DNA of 64,000 nt from Candidatus Scalinduaceae bacterium (GCA_046759445.1 JBHICG010000009.1:1-64000), one strand, 5' to 3'; shown: positions 30,729 to 40,923, counted from the stretch's first letter. The notes: generated by a model from the letters alone, not told the origin. A program made the numbers and translations.

Positions 30729-30780
30729 CAAGTTAAGCCTTCGGCAACAACTTTCAACTTCCCCTCTAAAAAGAGGGGAA
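30729..30780. repeat. Direct-repeat partner of 27061-27109 ending in a CCCCTCT/AGAGGGG hairpin
   Basis: CAAGTTAAGCCTTCGGCAACAACTTTCAACTTCCCCTCTAAAAAGAGGGGAA. Confidence 0.7.
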
Positions 30781-30963
30781 GTATCATTGCTCCACGCTCT
30801 TTATTCCTCCCAGAGTTGTGGGTAACGATAAGCCCTGGGGGAGGTTAGTGTAAGTAGAAACTGTATTTTACTGATTTATAAGTAATCAAAATAGAAATCC
30901 CTATACAATCGAGTTGCCAAGCCAGCAAAAGTCTTAAATAATATTCAATAACAAAGCGCAAAT

Positions 30964-33192
30964 CTAAAATGCACTATAATTTTTGTCTATGCAAACTACT
31001 CCGTCCCACGATTCCTCAAATGACTTATTCCTGTATTGCTTGCATAATTTTACATAAAAGAGTGAAGGACTATCTTCTCCGAATCTTTTGATAATTTCAT
31101 AAAATTTCTCTGATGCCTCTTCCCATGATTGCCTCTTGAATGCATCGAGTGCATAAGAAAATAATTCACAAAGACTTTTTTGCATATGATTGGAATCTTC
31201 CTTACGACACATTAATTCATGTACAGCAATTGGTTTTGCTCTGTCAATCAACAGGAATTTTCCAAGCTCTCTTGTCAGGAAGCAATCAATATGATTCAGC
31301 ATCTCTTCTGATAACAATATCCGTACACCTAAGTGTTTATTCAACTTATCTATCGTTTTGGCTGTATCGATTATGTCTTCTACAGAGCAGTATTCATAAT
31401 GATCTTCAGCTCCTATATTATTGAGCAATATTCGTCCATAATGCATGCCAATACGGGTTGGTATCCAACTCTCACTGGAAGATTGATTATACCTATGAAG
31501 CGCTTTATCAATATCAAGCGCTGATAGGTAGGCCTCTTTCCTTGGATCAGCATCAGAGGTCATCCATATTGCTGTTATAGGGTTCTCTTTCACGTTAGTT
31601 ATGGTACCACCATGTTGCTTTACTGGTGCACAAACAACTTTATAGCATTTTTTGATTAAGCTCTTGAGTTTATTTGAATCTATAGTTTCAAATAGCGAGC
31701 TATATAAACAAGTTCCATAAACTTTTTGATTAATATCATTTGGTAGCTGATCTACAATAACATCAGGTAAGTAGTATCCGAGTCTCTTTCTTTTATTCTG
31801 TCGCTCATTTTTCTTATTATTATACCTGCATATTATACCACCTAAAAAAGCCATTGGCGCTTGACAAAATAAAGGGACAGAAAGAGGGTATAAAATACCA
31901 TTAGCCGTAAATTGATAAAGTGTTATGGTTAAATATATCACACTTACCCCTATGACACTTACTGCCGTGATAACAGTAGAAAATAGATAACAAAAAATGC
32001 CAATTATCACTCCCCACAGAAAAATAATACCGAGATATGCATAAAAACGTAATGGCTGAATATGTGTATTTTCGTATAGATTGGCGAATGCTGTTGCAGC
32101 AATTTCAACTCCGCTCATAGGAAATTCTTTTGATGGTGAAAAGACTATCTTAAAGCCGTCTCGTTGTTCTGGATACAAATGTTCTGAAGAACCAACAAAC
32201 ACGGCCTTGCCGTTAAAGTCTATATGTTTTTTGTTGACAACCAATTGTTCCGGTAAATTCAATACATTATAATAAGGAACAGTCGTAATAGTGTGTGGGG
32301 GTCCATAAAAATTTAAATATTGACTTTTGGGACTTTGGTACATCCGTATCAGTGATTTAAGGATATGGCTCTTTTTTACATCAATAGATAACATCTTTGA
32401 ATTATGTAACTCTTCTAGCATTTTTTCTGCAATCTGAGGGTCGTGTTCAAAGATATCTCTTATAATTTGAATGACCTTTATAACACCTTTGGTATTAATT
32501 ATTTCGTCTTTGTCTTCCGGTAGTCTATTAATTAAGGACGGAGTAAACTTTTTTAATAATTTAATAAAATCATCATAATCATTTAATGTGAAGATTTGGA
32601 ATACAACTATCGGCAGAGACGGTATATTTCCTGCAGATATCTTAAACGTCCAATACTGACTTACTTTTAAAGGTACTTTGGGTATAGGAAAAGGGGCCAG
32701 GGCAATTGAGGATTGCTTAAGAGTAGGAATTGGTTGCACTACTCTTTCAATATCAATATTCCCTATATTAGAACCATCCTCATCAGTCAAAAAAGCCTTC
32801 TCCTTCTTGATTTTTTCACAAAGGACAACGTTGCCTGCCTTGCTAATCGCTCTTGCAAATAAATTATCATCCTCTGTAGAACGAGTTTCATTAAACATAA
32901 CGTCGAATGCAATTACTACAGCGCCAGCCCTGACTAAATTATCGGTTAGACGAGCGTGGTAAGAGCGAGGCCATTTCTTAAGGTCGTAGGGTAGGCTTAA
33001 TTTGTCGGCAGAAAACTTATCCATGTTGACAATAATGACATCATGCGGAGGTTGTCTCTGTCCCCTCAGCTTAAAAAACATATCTATGTCCACATTTTCA
33101 TCGAAAATAAGCCGGAAAAGAATGAGACTAACCACCAAACCCGTTATGCCTGTAAGTAGGCCAAGAAATACCGCTTTCCATATATTGACCAC
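30964..33192 (-). CDS. CHASE2 + 3TM + degenerate class III adenylate/guanylate cyclase domain
   Basis: WPRSYHA, VIAFDVMF, NFYGP and SGVEIAATA CHASE2 motifs; cyclase scaffold (HGGT, TRIGMHYG, LNKHLGVRILLSE, WDGV) lacking catalytic residues. Confidence 0.85.
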   Translation of the reverse strand: MVNIWKAVFLGLLTGITGLVVSLILFRLIFDENVDIDMFFKLRGQRQPPHDVIIVNMDKFSADKLSLPYDLKKWPRSYHARLTDNLVRAGAVVIAFDVMFNETRSTEDDNLFARAISKAGNVVLCEKIKKEKAFLTDEDGSNIGNIDIERVVQPIPTLKQSSIALAPFPIPKVPLKVSQYWTFKISAGNIPSLPIVVFQIFTLNDYDDFIKLLKKFTPSLINRLPEDKDEIINTKGVIKVIQIIRDIFEHDPQIAEKMLEELHNSKMLSIDVKKSHILKSLIRMYQSPKSQYLNFYGPPHTITTVPYYNVLNLPEQLVVNKKHIDFNGKAVFVGSSEHLYPEQRDGFKIVFSPSKEFPMSGVEIAATAFANLYENTHIQPLRFYAYLGIIFLWGVIIGIFCYLFSTVITAVSVIGVSVIYLTITLYQFTANGILYPLSVPLFCQAPMAFLGGIICRYNNKKNERQNKRKRLGYYLPDVIVDQLPNDINQKVYGTCLYSSLFETIDSNKLKSLIKKCYKVVCAPVKQHGGTITNVKENPITAIWMTSDADPRKEAYLSALDIDKALHRYNQSSSESWIPTRIGMHYGRILLNNIGAEDHYEYCSVEDIIDTAKTIDKLNKHLGVRILLSEEMLNHIDCFLTRELGKFLLIDRAKPIAVHELMCRKEDSNHMQKSLCELFSYALDAFKRQSWEEASEKFYEIIKRFGEDSPSLFYVKLCKQYRNKSFEESWDGVVCIDKNYSAF

Positions 33193-33221
33193 TGCTCAAG
33201 CTCCTTTTACAAACAATAAAA

Positions 33222-34874
33222 TTACGAAACCAATGTGATTCCATTACTACAGGGTAGAGTAAACGTGAAGTTACTTCCTTTACCCATCTCACTTTCTATC
33301 CATATCCTGCCGCCATGATGTTCTACAATCTGTTTGCAGATAGGAAGCCCCAGACCTGTCCCTCTTGATTTCTTTGTAAGTGTTCCATTCACCTGCTTGA
33401 ATTTCTCAAATACCCTAACCATATCACCCTCAGCAATGCCTATCCCTGTATCTATTACACTTACCATTATCTCATTATTTTTCTTCCTCACTCTACAGGT
33501 TATGGAACCCTTTTCTGTGAACTTAACTGCATTGGAAACCAGATTAATCACAACCTGTATAAGCCGATCCATGTCACCAACGACAGCAGGTAACCCCTCT
33601 TCAACATCTCTTATTAACTCGAGGTTGTTCTGCTCAAAGAAACTATTCGTAAACTTCGTTGCTCTTTCAATCACCTCAACTATAGAAATGGCCTTCATAT
33701 TCCATTCAATCTTTCCTGACTCAATCTTTGATATGTCAAGGAGATCGTTTATAAGATCTGCTAGCCTCTTACCCTCCAGGACTATTGTGTTAACGTTCTC
33801 ATTTATCTGCTTTATTACTCTATGAGCCTTTTTGTCTTCAACCTTGACATAAGGGAATATAACATCTTCAAGTTTCTTGCTTATAATCCTTGCGAATCCT
33901 AATACTAGTGTTAGGGGAGTCCTCAGTTCATGGGATACTACGGATAAAAATTCCGTTTTAACGTTATCCAGTTCTTGTAGTTTTTTGTTTGCCTCTCTTA
34001 ATTTAATAGTTCTGTCCTCAACTTTTTCTTCCAATGACAGGCTGTAATCCTCTAATTTTTTACTGGATATTCTCATATTTTTGGACATTTCTATAAAAGC
34101 ATTGGCAAGTACGCCAATTTCATCTTCTGAATTAATTTTGACACTTTCTGTAACAGTAAAATCCCCTTTAGCCAATTTCCGAACCGATTCGGTTAAGTTA
34201 ATAAGAGGTTTAGATAACTTGGTTGATATCATAAAGACAATTATAATACCTAAAATAATAAATATACCAGAAGTAAGGATTGACTGTATAATGATATTCT
34301 TGGTTTGATTAAAAATAGTCAACTTGAAGTTTGCAATTTCCTTATTAAGCGAATCCAATGAAAAACCAAGTCTAAGCACTCCCCATGGCTCTTCATTGAT
34401 TTTGATTGGCACAATAAATTCCATTATTGACACGTCATTTTTCTTATATTCATTAATGATTGATTTACTCTGGTTTACAGCGAACCAATCTTCGGAATTG
34501 GACAGTATTTTATTCTGAAGCTCTGGCTTTAATGTATGGATATATGCCTTGGGTGTGAAGTCTGTTACTATGACATAATCCAGATCTTTGTCCTCTTCAA
34601 CTGACTTCTTTATTATTTCTGTAACATTAGAAAGATTGAAAGTTGCAAAAGCGATTTCTGTCTGCCTGGCCAGATAATCGGAAAGTATTTTTCCTCGCTT
34701 AACCAGGTTTTCTCGCATTAGAGCAATGCGATTCTCAAATTCTCCTTCTAAAGTCATTTTATGGGTTAATGTCTGAATGATGGTCAATGTAATAAGCAAA
34801 CCAACAATCAAACCGATCATGGTAGAAAGGAGTTTTCGACGAATACCTTTTTTTATGAAAATTTGTTCATTCAT
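33222..34874 (-). CDS. Membrane sensor histidine kinase (periplasmic sensor-HAMP-HisKA-HATPase)
   Basis: [23 protein letters not shown] and GTGLGL motifs. Confidence 0.95.
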   Translation of the reverse strand: MNEQIFIKKGIRRKLLSTMIGLIVGLLITLTIIQTLTHKMTLEGEFENRIALMRENLVKRGKILSDYLARQTEIAFATFNLSNVTEIIKKSVEEDKDLDYVIVTDFTPKAYIHTLKPELQNKILSNSEDWFAVNQSKSIINEYKKNDVSIMEFIVPIKINEEPWGVLRLGFSLDSLNKEIANFKLTIFNQTKNIIIQSILTSGIFIILGIIIVFMISTKLSKPLINLTESVRKLAKGDFTVTESVKINSEDEIGVLANAFIEMSKNMRISSKKLEDYSLSLEEKVEDRTIKLREANKKLQELDNVKTEFLSVVSHELRTPLTLVLGFARIISKKLEDVIFPYVKVEDKKAHRVIKQINENVNTIVLEGKRLADLINDLLDISKIESGKIEWNMKAISIVEVIERATKFTNSFFEQNNLELIRDVEEGLPAVVGDMDRLIQVVINLVSNAVKFTEKGSITCRVRKKNNEIMVSVIDTGIGIAEGDMVRVFEKFKQVNGTLTKKSRGTGLGLPICKQIVEHHGGRIWIESEMGKGSNFTFTLPCSNGITLVS

Positions 34875-34901
34875 AAGGACTTAATCCCCCCATATCCCCC
34901 T

Positions 34902-35067
34902 TAAGAGGGTGTGTCATAATGTCATTTTGACCCCGCATCCTTGCTTCCGCAAGGAAGCAGCGGGGGAAAAATTTCTAATCGGTAACATATTTATTTATTT
35001 TATTAGATTCTGCACTTGGTTTAGAATGACAAAATGCCCATTTACAGGATTATGACACAGCCTCTTA
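34902..35067. mobile_element. MITE-like element (~166 bp) with 19-bp terminal inverted repeats and internal REP doublet
   Basis: TAAGAGGGTGTGTCATAAT / ATTATGACACAGCCTCTTA (18/19); internal GTCATTTTGA[hairpin]...AGATTCT...AGAATGAC. Confidence 0.72.
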
Positions 35068-35080
35068 GAAGAGAGGATTC

Positions 35081-37177
35081 TCAAAATTCATAACGCAACT
35101 CTACCATAAACGACCTTCCCGGCTGGGGGAAATCGGTAGGCACCGTATTTCTGGGAGCAGGGTCTTCATATCCCTTGTCAAAGAGATTACGTACTGAACC
35201 CCTTATCTCAAAGTTGTCCATAAAGTTTTTACCGATAATGGTAAGATCAACCACTGCGTATGAAGGCATATCTCTCCTGGGATCTCCAAACTCCCTTGGC
35301 CTTGGCCCACTGAGGAACGTATGCAGGTTGGCATTCGCATACTTCCAGAATCCTACGTTCACGCCAAAATTCGCCTTGTGTACGGGCACGTCAGGCAATC
35401 GATTTCTATTCCTTGTCTCTTCCGCTTTCTGAAAGGTATAATTGGCATAAGCGTAATTATCATTCCCAAAATCGGCCTTTATTTCTGCCTCAACACCCAT
35501 AACCCTTGCTCCTCCTGAATTTTGAAATTGCCTGGGGCTTCCCGTATCTAACTGAATCCTATCCCTTATACGGTTAAAAAAGTAATTCATGTTCCCCCTG
35601 ACGCTTTTAGTAAAATTATAGCCCAGGCCAATCTCGTATGTATTTATCTTTTCCGGGTCAAGCCCAGGATTACCTATAAAAGCAGGATTATTTATAAAAA
35701 ACAATTCGTTAAAACTAGGCGCCCTGAAGGCGGTTGCAAAAAGGAGCTTCAGGTATGCGTCCTCCATAAACCGCCATATCAATCCTATCCTTGGATTGGT
35801 TGTGCCCCCAAACCGCTTAAACTGGTCATGCCTCACTCCAATCGTTAAATCAATATCCTTTGTAATGTTCCACTCATCCTGCAGATAGAGAGCCCATATC
35901 TGCCTTGTAGCCCTCCTGGCAAAAGGAAGGCTACTGGAAAAGTCCCTGAATGAGGGAAGGGGAGCAAACGTCATAGGATCAACAAAGAAAAGGGGATGAA
36001 AATTAGCTCCGAATTTAACGTCACCCTGGTGAATCCATTCGTATTGAAAGCCAAATGTCAAGTCATTTCCCTCAAACAACTTATAATTAAATTGATTTTC
36101 AAAACCGACAGTCCGATATTTAATCCTCGTCAACCCCTTTAGGCCATCAGGAAAGAGAACTGGAAATGGAAACGCAGCCGTTTCCACAAAACCTTCTGGG
36201 CGCGTCTCAATAAGGGCATCACTGTTATATTGGTCATAATACACCTTTGTTGTCATATTCAGCTTTTCTCCCAGAGGTAGTCTATAAATAAGTTCACCAA
36301 ATATATATGTATCTTCCCATAACGTATCATCACTAAGGGCATTAATGAAACCTATATAACCTTCACGCCTTCTCTTCATATATTTGGACTTGAGTTCCAG
36401 GTTTTTGTATGATAGCTTCAGATTCAGGTCTGTCTTTTCCTTTCTATTTTGAGACCTCCCGGGGCTCATAGAAAAAGGAGCGGGGAAAAGAATATCCTGC
36501 TCAATCTTTTTGCTGAAACCCTCTGTGTCAAGGTAATCAAAAAAACCTGATATCTTTAGATCACCATATTCCTTTCCGAATAACATATTATAATTCTGTG
36601 TATCAAAGCTTCCACCACTTGTCGTCCACTGAAAGCCATCAATATCTTCCGTATCCTTTGTTATGATATTAATAACGGCAAGAAACGCATTCTGCCCGTA
36701 CAGGGCTGAACCGGGTCCCCTGATAATCTCTATCCTTTTTGCATTCTCAACTACAAGATCAAAAAAATTCCATACAGCCCCGCCCGACCCCGGTTCATTA
36801 ACGGAATGCCCATCTATTAGTATCTTTACCTTTTGTGTAGATTCTTCTAAGACACCCCTAACAATAATCCTTCTCGCCCCGTCGTTGTCCATTTGGATAT
36901 CAAAACCGGGTACTATTCTCAAAACATCCGTTAATGTCCTGAAACCCATTTGTTTTATCTGTTTGGCCGTAATTACGGTAACGATGCCAGGCGCCCTGCT
37001 AATCGGTATCTCACGTTTTGTAGTAATAGCCACAAAAGATTCCGCCTGTAACCATCTTATCTCTTCCTGAATCTCTTTTATTTTCTCCGCCGTCTTTGAG
37101 ACTTCTTCAGAGAAGGCTGGAGTCACATTGAAAACAAAGGTAACAAATAAGAATAAAACGATTATCTTGTTTCTCAT
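35081..37177 (-). CDS. TonB-dependent receptor (paralog 1)
   Basis: Plug motifs (APGIVTVIT, IDGHSVN, RIEIIRGPGSALYG), barrel, C-terminal YEF; start moved to ATG 37177. Confidence 0.93.
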   Translation of the reverse strand: MRNKIIVLFLFVTFVFNVTPAFSEEVSKTAEKIKEIQEEIRWLQAESFVAITTKREIPISRAPGIVTVITAKQIKQMGFRTLTDVLRIVPGFDIQMDNDGARRIIVRGVLEESTQKVKILIDGHSVNEPGSGGAVWNFFDLVVENAKRIEIIRGPGSALYGQNAFLAVINIITKDTEDIDGFQWTTSGGSFDTQNYNMLFGKEYGDLKISGFFDYLDTEGFSKKIEQDILFPAPFSMSPGRSQNRKEKTDLNLKLSYKNLELKSKYMKRRREGYIGFINALSDDTLWEDTYIFGELIYRLPLGEKLNMTTKVYYDQYNSDALIETRPEGFVETAAFPFPVLFPDGLKGLTRIKYRTVGFENQFNYKLFEGNDLTFGFQYEWIHQGDVKFGANFHPLFFVDPMTFAPLPSFRDFSSSLPFARRATRQIWALYLQDEWNITKDIDLTIGVRHDQFKRFGGTTNPRIGLIWRFMEDAYLKLLFATAFRAPSFNELFFINNPAFIGNPGLDPEKINTYEIGLGYNFTKSVRGNMNYFFNRIRDRIQLDTGSPRQFQNSGGARVMGVEAEIKADFGNDNYAYANYTFQKAEETRNRNRLPDVPVHKANFGVNVGFWKYANANLHTFLSGPRPREFGDPRRDMPSYAVVDLTIIGKNFMDNFEIRGSVRNLFDKGYEDPAPRNTVPTDFPQPGRSFMVELRYEF

Positions 37178-37196
37178 AATTTTGTATTTCTTCAAA

Positions 37197-37306
37197 TAGA
37201 AAGGTGTGCAATTCGGGCAATTCACAGAATTGCACCAAATTGCCTTAGCCTAAATTCCTCTGCTGGATTTAAGTACGGTTTTGTCATGGTAAGCTTTATA
37301 AAATCA
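37197..37306 (+). repeat. Copy of dispersed GCAATT/AGCCTAAATTC repeat family
   Basis: GTGCAATTCGGGCAATTCACAGAATTGCACCAAATTGCCTTAGCCTAAATTCC. Confidence 0.7.
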
Positions 37307-37355
37307 GCCTCGATTAAATTATTATACACTTGCCATTGAATGATAATTAACTGCA

Positions 37356-37865
37356 TCATGTGTGTTGAATACTAATCCGCTTTCTCAATGTTCTATTTTC
37401 ATATTTCCGCCCAAAATTACTGAGATCATTTTGGTGCCGCATTACGTTTGATAAAACTAATTGTTCTTGTTCTTCAGGAAGAACATTTATAGTCACCAAG
37501 GACTTAAAGATTTCATTGATTTCAGAAAACTCTATCTGGTGTGCCAACTCATAAGCGTCATCTAAATTTTTTATTGAACCTGCTAAATTTGTATTCATTA
37601 GATTCTGAATTTTTACAATGTTTTTCCACATTTGTTTATCAATATGTGACAAAAGCTGTTCCCGTGTCATAGAGTCGTAGATATCTTGCAATGTTTTCAT
37701 ATGAAGTATTTCGTCCTTAGCCAATTTGTCCCAAAGGGTTGAAATCTCTGGAAAATGGGAAAATAGCATTGATAATTTAGCATATAATTCACCAGCTTTG
37801 CATTCAATTTCAATTGACCGCTCAATAATATCAGCTACCATGTGCTCATAATGTGATTCATTCAT
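37356..37865 (-). CDS. Ferritin/rubrerythrin-like four-helix protein
   Basis: IEIE...LY...LAKDEILH pattern and second AHQIE...H helix pair. Confidence 0.7.
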   Translation of the reverse strand: MNESHYEHMVADIIERSIEIECKAGELYAKLSMLFSHFPEISTLWDKLAKDEILHMKTLQDIYDSMTREQLLSHIDKQMWKNIVKIQNLMNTNLAGSIKNLDDAYELAHQIEFSEINEIFKSLVTINVLPEEQEQLVLSNVMRHQNDLSNFGRKYENRTLRKRISIQHT

Positions 37866-38038
37866 TTGTCATTTCTCTCACCTTATGACGTAAAAGACTA
37901 AATTCCGCTGCTGGATTTAAATAGATAATATTATATTTAATTGGTTTATACTTATCCATCAGTCCTTGACATTCATTTTTTTGATTGTATACTATTTTCG
38001 TAATCTCGTTATATTGTAATTTTACAGGAGGTTTTTTT

Positions 38039-38317
38039 ATGTCTTCTATTGCCAAAATCCAGAGGAATTTCCAGATTACTATTCCAGCAGATATACGTGA
38101 AAAGGTCCACCTAAAGGTAGGAGACCTGGTTGATTTCGAAGTCACTGAAAATGGTATTTGCATCAAACCCCAGGAAACCATTGATCGAAGCCAGGCATGG
38201 TTCTGGTCTAAGAAGTGGCAAGCTGAGGAAAAGAAGGTTGAAGATGATTTCCGCAAGGGAAAAGTTCTAAAATCAAAAAATGTAGGGAGCTTTTTAAAAG
38301 AGCTTGACAAAGGATGA
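38039..38317 (+). CDS. AbrB/MazE-family antitoxin
   Basis: QITIPADIRE.VHLKVGD AbrB motif and QAWFWSKKWQ; GGAGG RBS before ATG 38039. Confidence 0.88.
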   Translation: MSSIAKIQRNFQITIPADIREKVHLKVGDLVDFEVTENGICIKPQETIDRSQAWFWSKKWQAEEKKVEDDFRKGKVLKSKNVGSFLKELDKG

Positions 38318-38574
38318 AGGTTGTTCGTTCTCCACGCTTTGACGGGGCCTATAGAAAACTTCCTGAAGAAACAAAAATGGCTTTTAGAAAAAAGATAAAA
38401 CTTCTTGCACAATCTAACCTTACTCATCCTTCCCTTCGAATTAAAAAGATTAAAGGTACCGGCTATATCTGGGAAGCAAGTATTGATATTAAACATCGTT
38501 TCACCTTTGAAAAGATCGAAGATGGCATCAAACTCAGGGTTATTGGCAAACATAATATTTTGGACCGGCCTTAG
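38314..38574 (+). CDS. RelE/ParE-superfamily toxin
   Basis: Basic 86-aa protein with HPSLRIKKIKG..IWEAS...RFTF...IGKH; ATGA overlap with antitoxin. Confidence 0.82.
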   Translation: MKVVRSPRFDGAYRKLPEETKMAFRKKIKLLAQSNLTHPSLRIKKIKGTGYIWEASIDIKHRFTFEKIEDGIKLRVIGKHNILDRP

Positions 38575-38645
38575 CCTAAATTCTACTGTTGGAAACCCCA
38601 ATATTTTAAACCTAAGTTGAGTAGTTTTTTATAAAATTAATGTAA

Positions 38646-38730
38646 CCTCCCCCCTAAAAAGAGGGGCTGGGGTGTGTATAAAGGCATATCTACACACCCC
38701 TTAATCCCCTCTTTTTAGAGGGGAAACTAT
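38646..38730. repeat. CCCCT-N-AGGGG REP doublet; encodes the last residues and stop of the 742-aa sensor
   Basis: Near-identical to 27152-27196. Confidence 0.75.
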
Positions 38731-40918
38731 TATGTGCCTTTTTTCTACTGCCCTTTTTCAGCTCCTCTTCAAGTCGCTTGCGCTCTGTAATGTCAGTGGA
38801 GATTCCACAGACTCCGTAAATAACATTATGACTATCACTTAGTGGAAACTTTAAAGAAATGTAACTGTGCGGTCCGTCATCGTGTGGGGCAATCTCCTCA
38901 AACTCTATTGAAGTTCCAGCTTTGAGCACTTTTTTGTCGTTTTCCCGAAATGCATCTGCCTTATCCTCTGGAAAGATATCGTAATCTGTCTTGCCAACGA
39001 CTTCATTTTTAGTTACATGGAAGAGGGTTTCGTACTGATGGTTTATCAGGATATAACGTCCTTTTGTATCCTTCAGGTAGATAACGGCCGTTGTGTTATC
39101 TATTATTGCCTGTAGTCTTTCCTCACTCTCTTTCAGGGCTAACTCAGTTCGCTTTTGTTCATCAATTTTCACCAGAAGTTCATTGTTTGCCTTTGCCAGA
39201 TTCGCTGTGCGTTCGGTTACACGCTGCTCCAGAGACTCGTTAAGAGTCTTTAGCTCTTTCTCAACCCGCTTGCGCTCTGTGATATCACGCGAAATCCCCA
39301 TAAGACCAATGAATTTTCCGTTTTCATCACGCAACATTGTTGCCGTAAGTTGGGCCGTAAACGTGTCACCATTTTTCCTTCTGTTCAAAACCACTCCCTC
39401 AAACTCGTCGTTACTCCTGGTAGCATTGTACACGTTCTCGCTCTGCAATGGATCAGCATATAGCATTTCAACATGTCTGCCCAATACTTCATCCCTGGTA
39501 TAACCAAAGGTCTCCTCAGCCGTCCGATTGAATGTAACTATATTTCTATCCTTGTCCACAGAAATGATCATATCATGAGAACTTTGGGTAAGGCTCTCGG
39601 AGTAGTTATTTGCCTGTTGCAGACCTTCCTGTATTCGCTTGCGTTCCATAACCTCCTTCTCTAAATCCTCCATAAGATTGACGCTTGAGGTCTGTATTGC
39701 TCTAAGCTCGTCGTAGGTATTTTTAAGCTTCTCCTCAGCTTGCTTACGATGGGAAATGTCCAGCGCCACACACACTATCCCCTCAATCTCGCCAGTAACA
39801 TCATGCATTACCGAACAAGAAAATAATACCGGTATTTTCCTGTCATTCTTTGTGCGATATACCTTCTCTATATTAGCCATATAACCTATTCTGATTAAAT
39901 TATCAAACTCCCTTCCCTCAAAGAGTTTTTCATCTGCCGTAAATATTATGTTGATGGACTTACCAATCAACTCCTTTTCTTCATATCTTAAAAGCCTGAG
40001 GGTTGCTTGATTAACTGTTTTTATTGTTTTATCGGGGCTGATTACTATCAAGGTGTCAACCATTGATTTTATGATGTTACCTGTGTAGTCCTTGGCTGAA
40101 ATGAGCTTATATCTTGAGTTTTGTAAACCTTCAGTCATCTTGTTAAAAGAAGCGGCCAGTTGACCAAATTCATCTTTTGACTTCACATCAATTCGGAAGG
40201 TGAGATCCCCTTTAGAGATCCTTTCAGTTCCTAATACTAGCTCCTTAATTGGAGCTACTAAAGCTCGCATAAAAAAGACTCCTACTGCCATGGCTACAAC
40301 CAAGATCACGAACAACAATAGGAGCGTATTTCTTAGAGTAACCATAATTGCGTGTTCTACGTTATGGCTAATCTCCCTGGCCATTAAGTTAGTGGTATTT
40401 TGGATTTCCTCAATGGAGAATCCAATACGAACTGTACCCAGTTTCTTAAGCCCAACCATAATAGGCGCAGCTACATCAACTATATTAGTCTGTCTTTGTA
40501 TTAATAAATCTTTGGCAATAATTATCTTTCTGGTATACTCGTCAGTGAGCACTTCCCCTAACAATTTAGCCTCTTTAGTAGTGTCAATCAATACTCTTCC
40601 ATTTTTATCATAGATATAGACGTAACGGAAACCCTTTTCTTTCATAGCTAGTTTTGCAAAATAATTCATTTCTGTAACATCAAGATCATTCAAAGATTGA
40701 ACTAACTCCTTAGCCAGGAGGGACGTTATCGCCCGTATCTTTTCTTCCCATTCATTCGCAAGTGCGGAGGTTACGAGTTTTGTATTGGTCTCTCCTACCA
40801 TAGAGAGATTCCGTATGTGAAGGTCGATTACTATACTAACAAAAATGCCCACTGGCAGGAAAATTGTTAAGCAGATGAACACAATGAACTTCGTTTTGAT
40901 GCTTCTGGATTTAAACAT
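38690..40918 (-). CDS. Membrane sensor with HAMP and three PAS domains, no output domain
   Basis: Two TM helices, DEFGQLAASFN HAMP, three PAS/PAC repeats ending DISHRK/DITERK; no HisKA or GGDEF. Confidence 0.85.
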   Translation of the reverse strand: MFKSRSIKTKFIVFICLTIFLPVGIFVSIVIDLHIRNLSMVGETNTKLVTSALANEWEEKIRAITSLLAKELVQSLNDLDVTEMNYFAKLAMKEKGFRYVYIYDKNGRVLIDTTKEAKLLGEVLTDEYTRKIIIAKDLLIQRQTNIVDVAAPIMVGLKKLGTVRIGFSIEEIQNTTNLMAREISHNVEHAIMVTLRNTLLLLFVILVVAMAVGVFFMRALVAPIKELVLGTERISKGDLTFRIDVKSKDEFGQLAASFNKMTEGLQNSRYKLISAKDYTGNIIKSMVDTLIVISPDKTIKTVNQATLRLLRYEEKELIGKSINIIFTADEKLFEGREFDNLIRIGYMANIEKVYRTKNDRKIPVLFSCSVMHDVTGEIEGIVCVALDISHRKQAEEKLKNTYDELRAIQTSSVNLMEDLEKEVMERKRIQEGLQQANNYSESLTQSSHDMIISVDKDRNIVTFNRTAEETFGYTRDEVLGRHVEMLYADPLQSENVYNATRSNDEFEGVVLNRRKNGDTFTAQLTATMLRDENGKFIGLMGISRDITERKRVEKELKTLNESLEQRVTERTANLAKANNELLVKIDEQKRTELALKESEERLQAIIDNTTAVIYLKDTKGRYILINHQYETLFHVTKNEVVGKTDYDIFPEDKADAFRENDKKVLKAGTSIEFEEIAPHDDGPHSYISLKFPLSDSHNVIYGVCGISTDITERKRLEEELKKGSRKKAHNSFPSKKRGLRGV

Positions 40919-40923
40919 TTTTA

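Noticed and set aside
30903..30920. Second sigma54 promoter (TTGGCAACTCGATTGTA) upstream of the FecR-barrel gene
   Set aside because: The -12 element is GT rather than GC and no UAS pair was seen
37178..37225. MNCPNC N-terminal extension (CxxC) on TonB receptor 1
   Set aside because: Encoded largely by the repeat element; signal peptide and paralog support ATG 37177
37245..38597. Integron attC array or pdif modules
   Set aside because: No RYYYAAC/GTTRRRY boxes or XerC/D consensus, and no integrase in the window; reported only as an unexplained repeat
37858..38601. 247-aa minus-strand ORF
   Set aside because: Antisense shadow of the well-supported AbrB/RelE pair; no recognisable motifs
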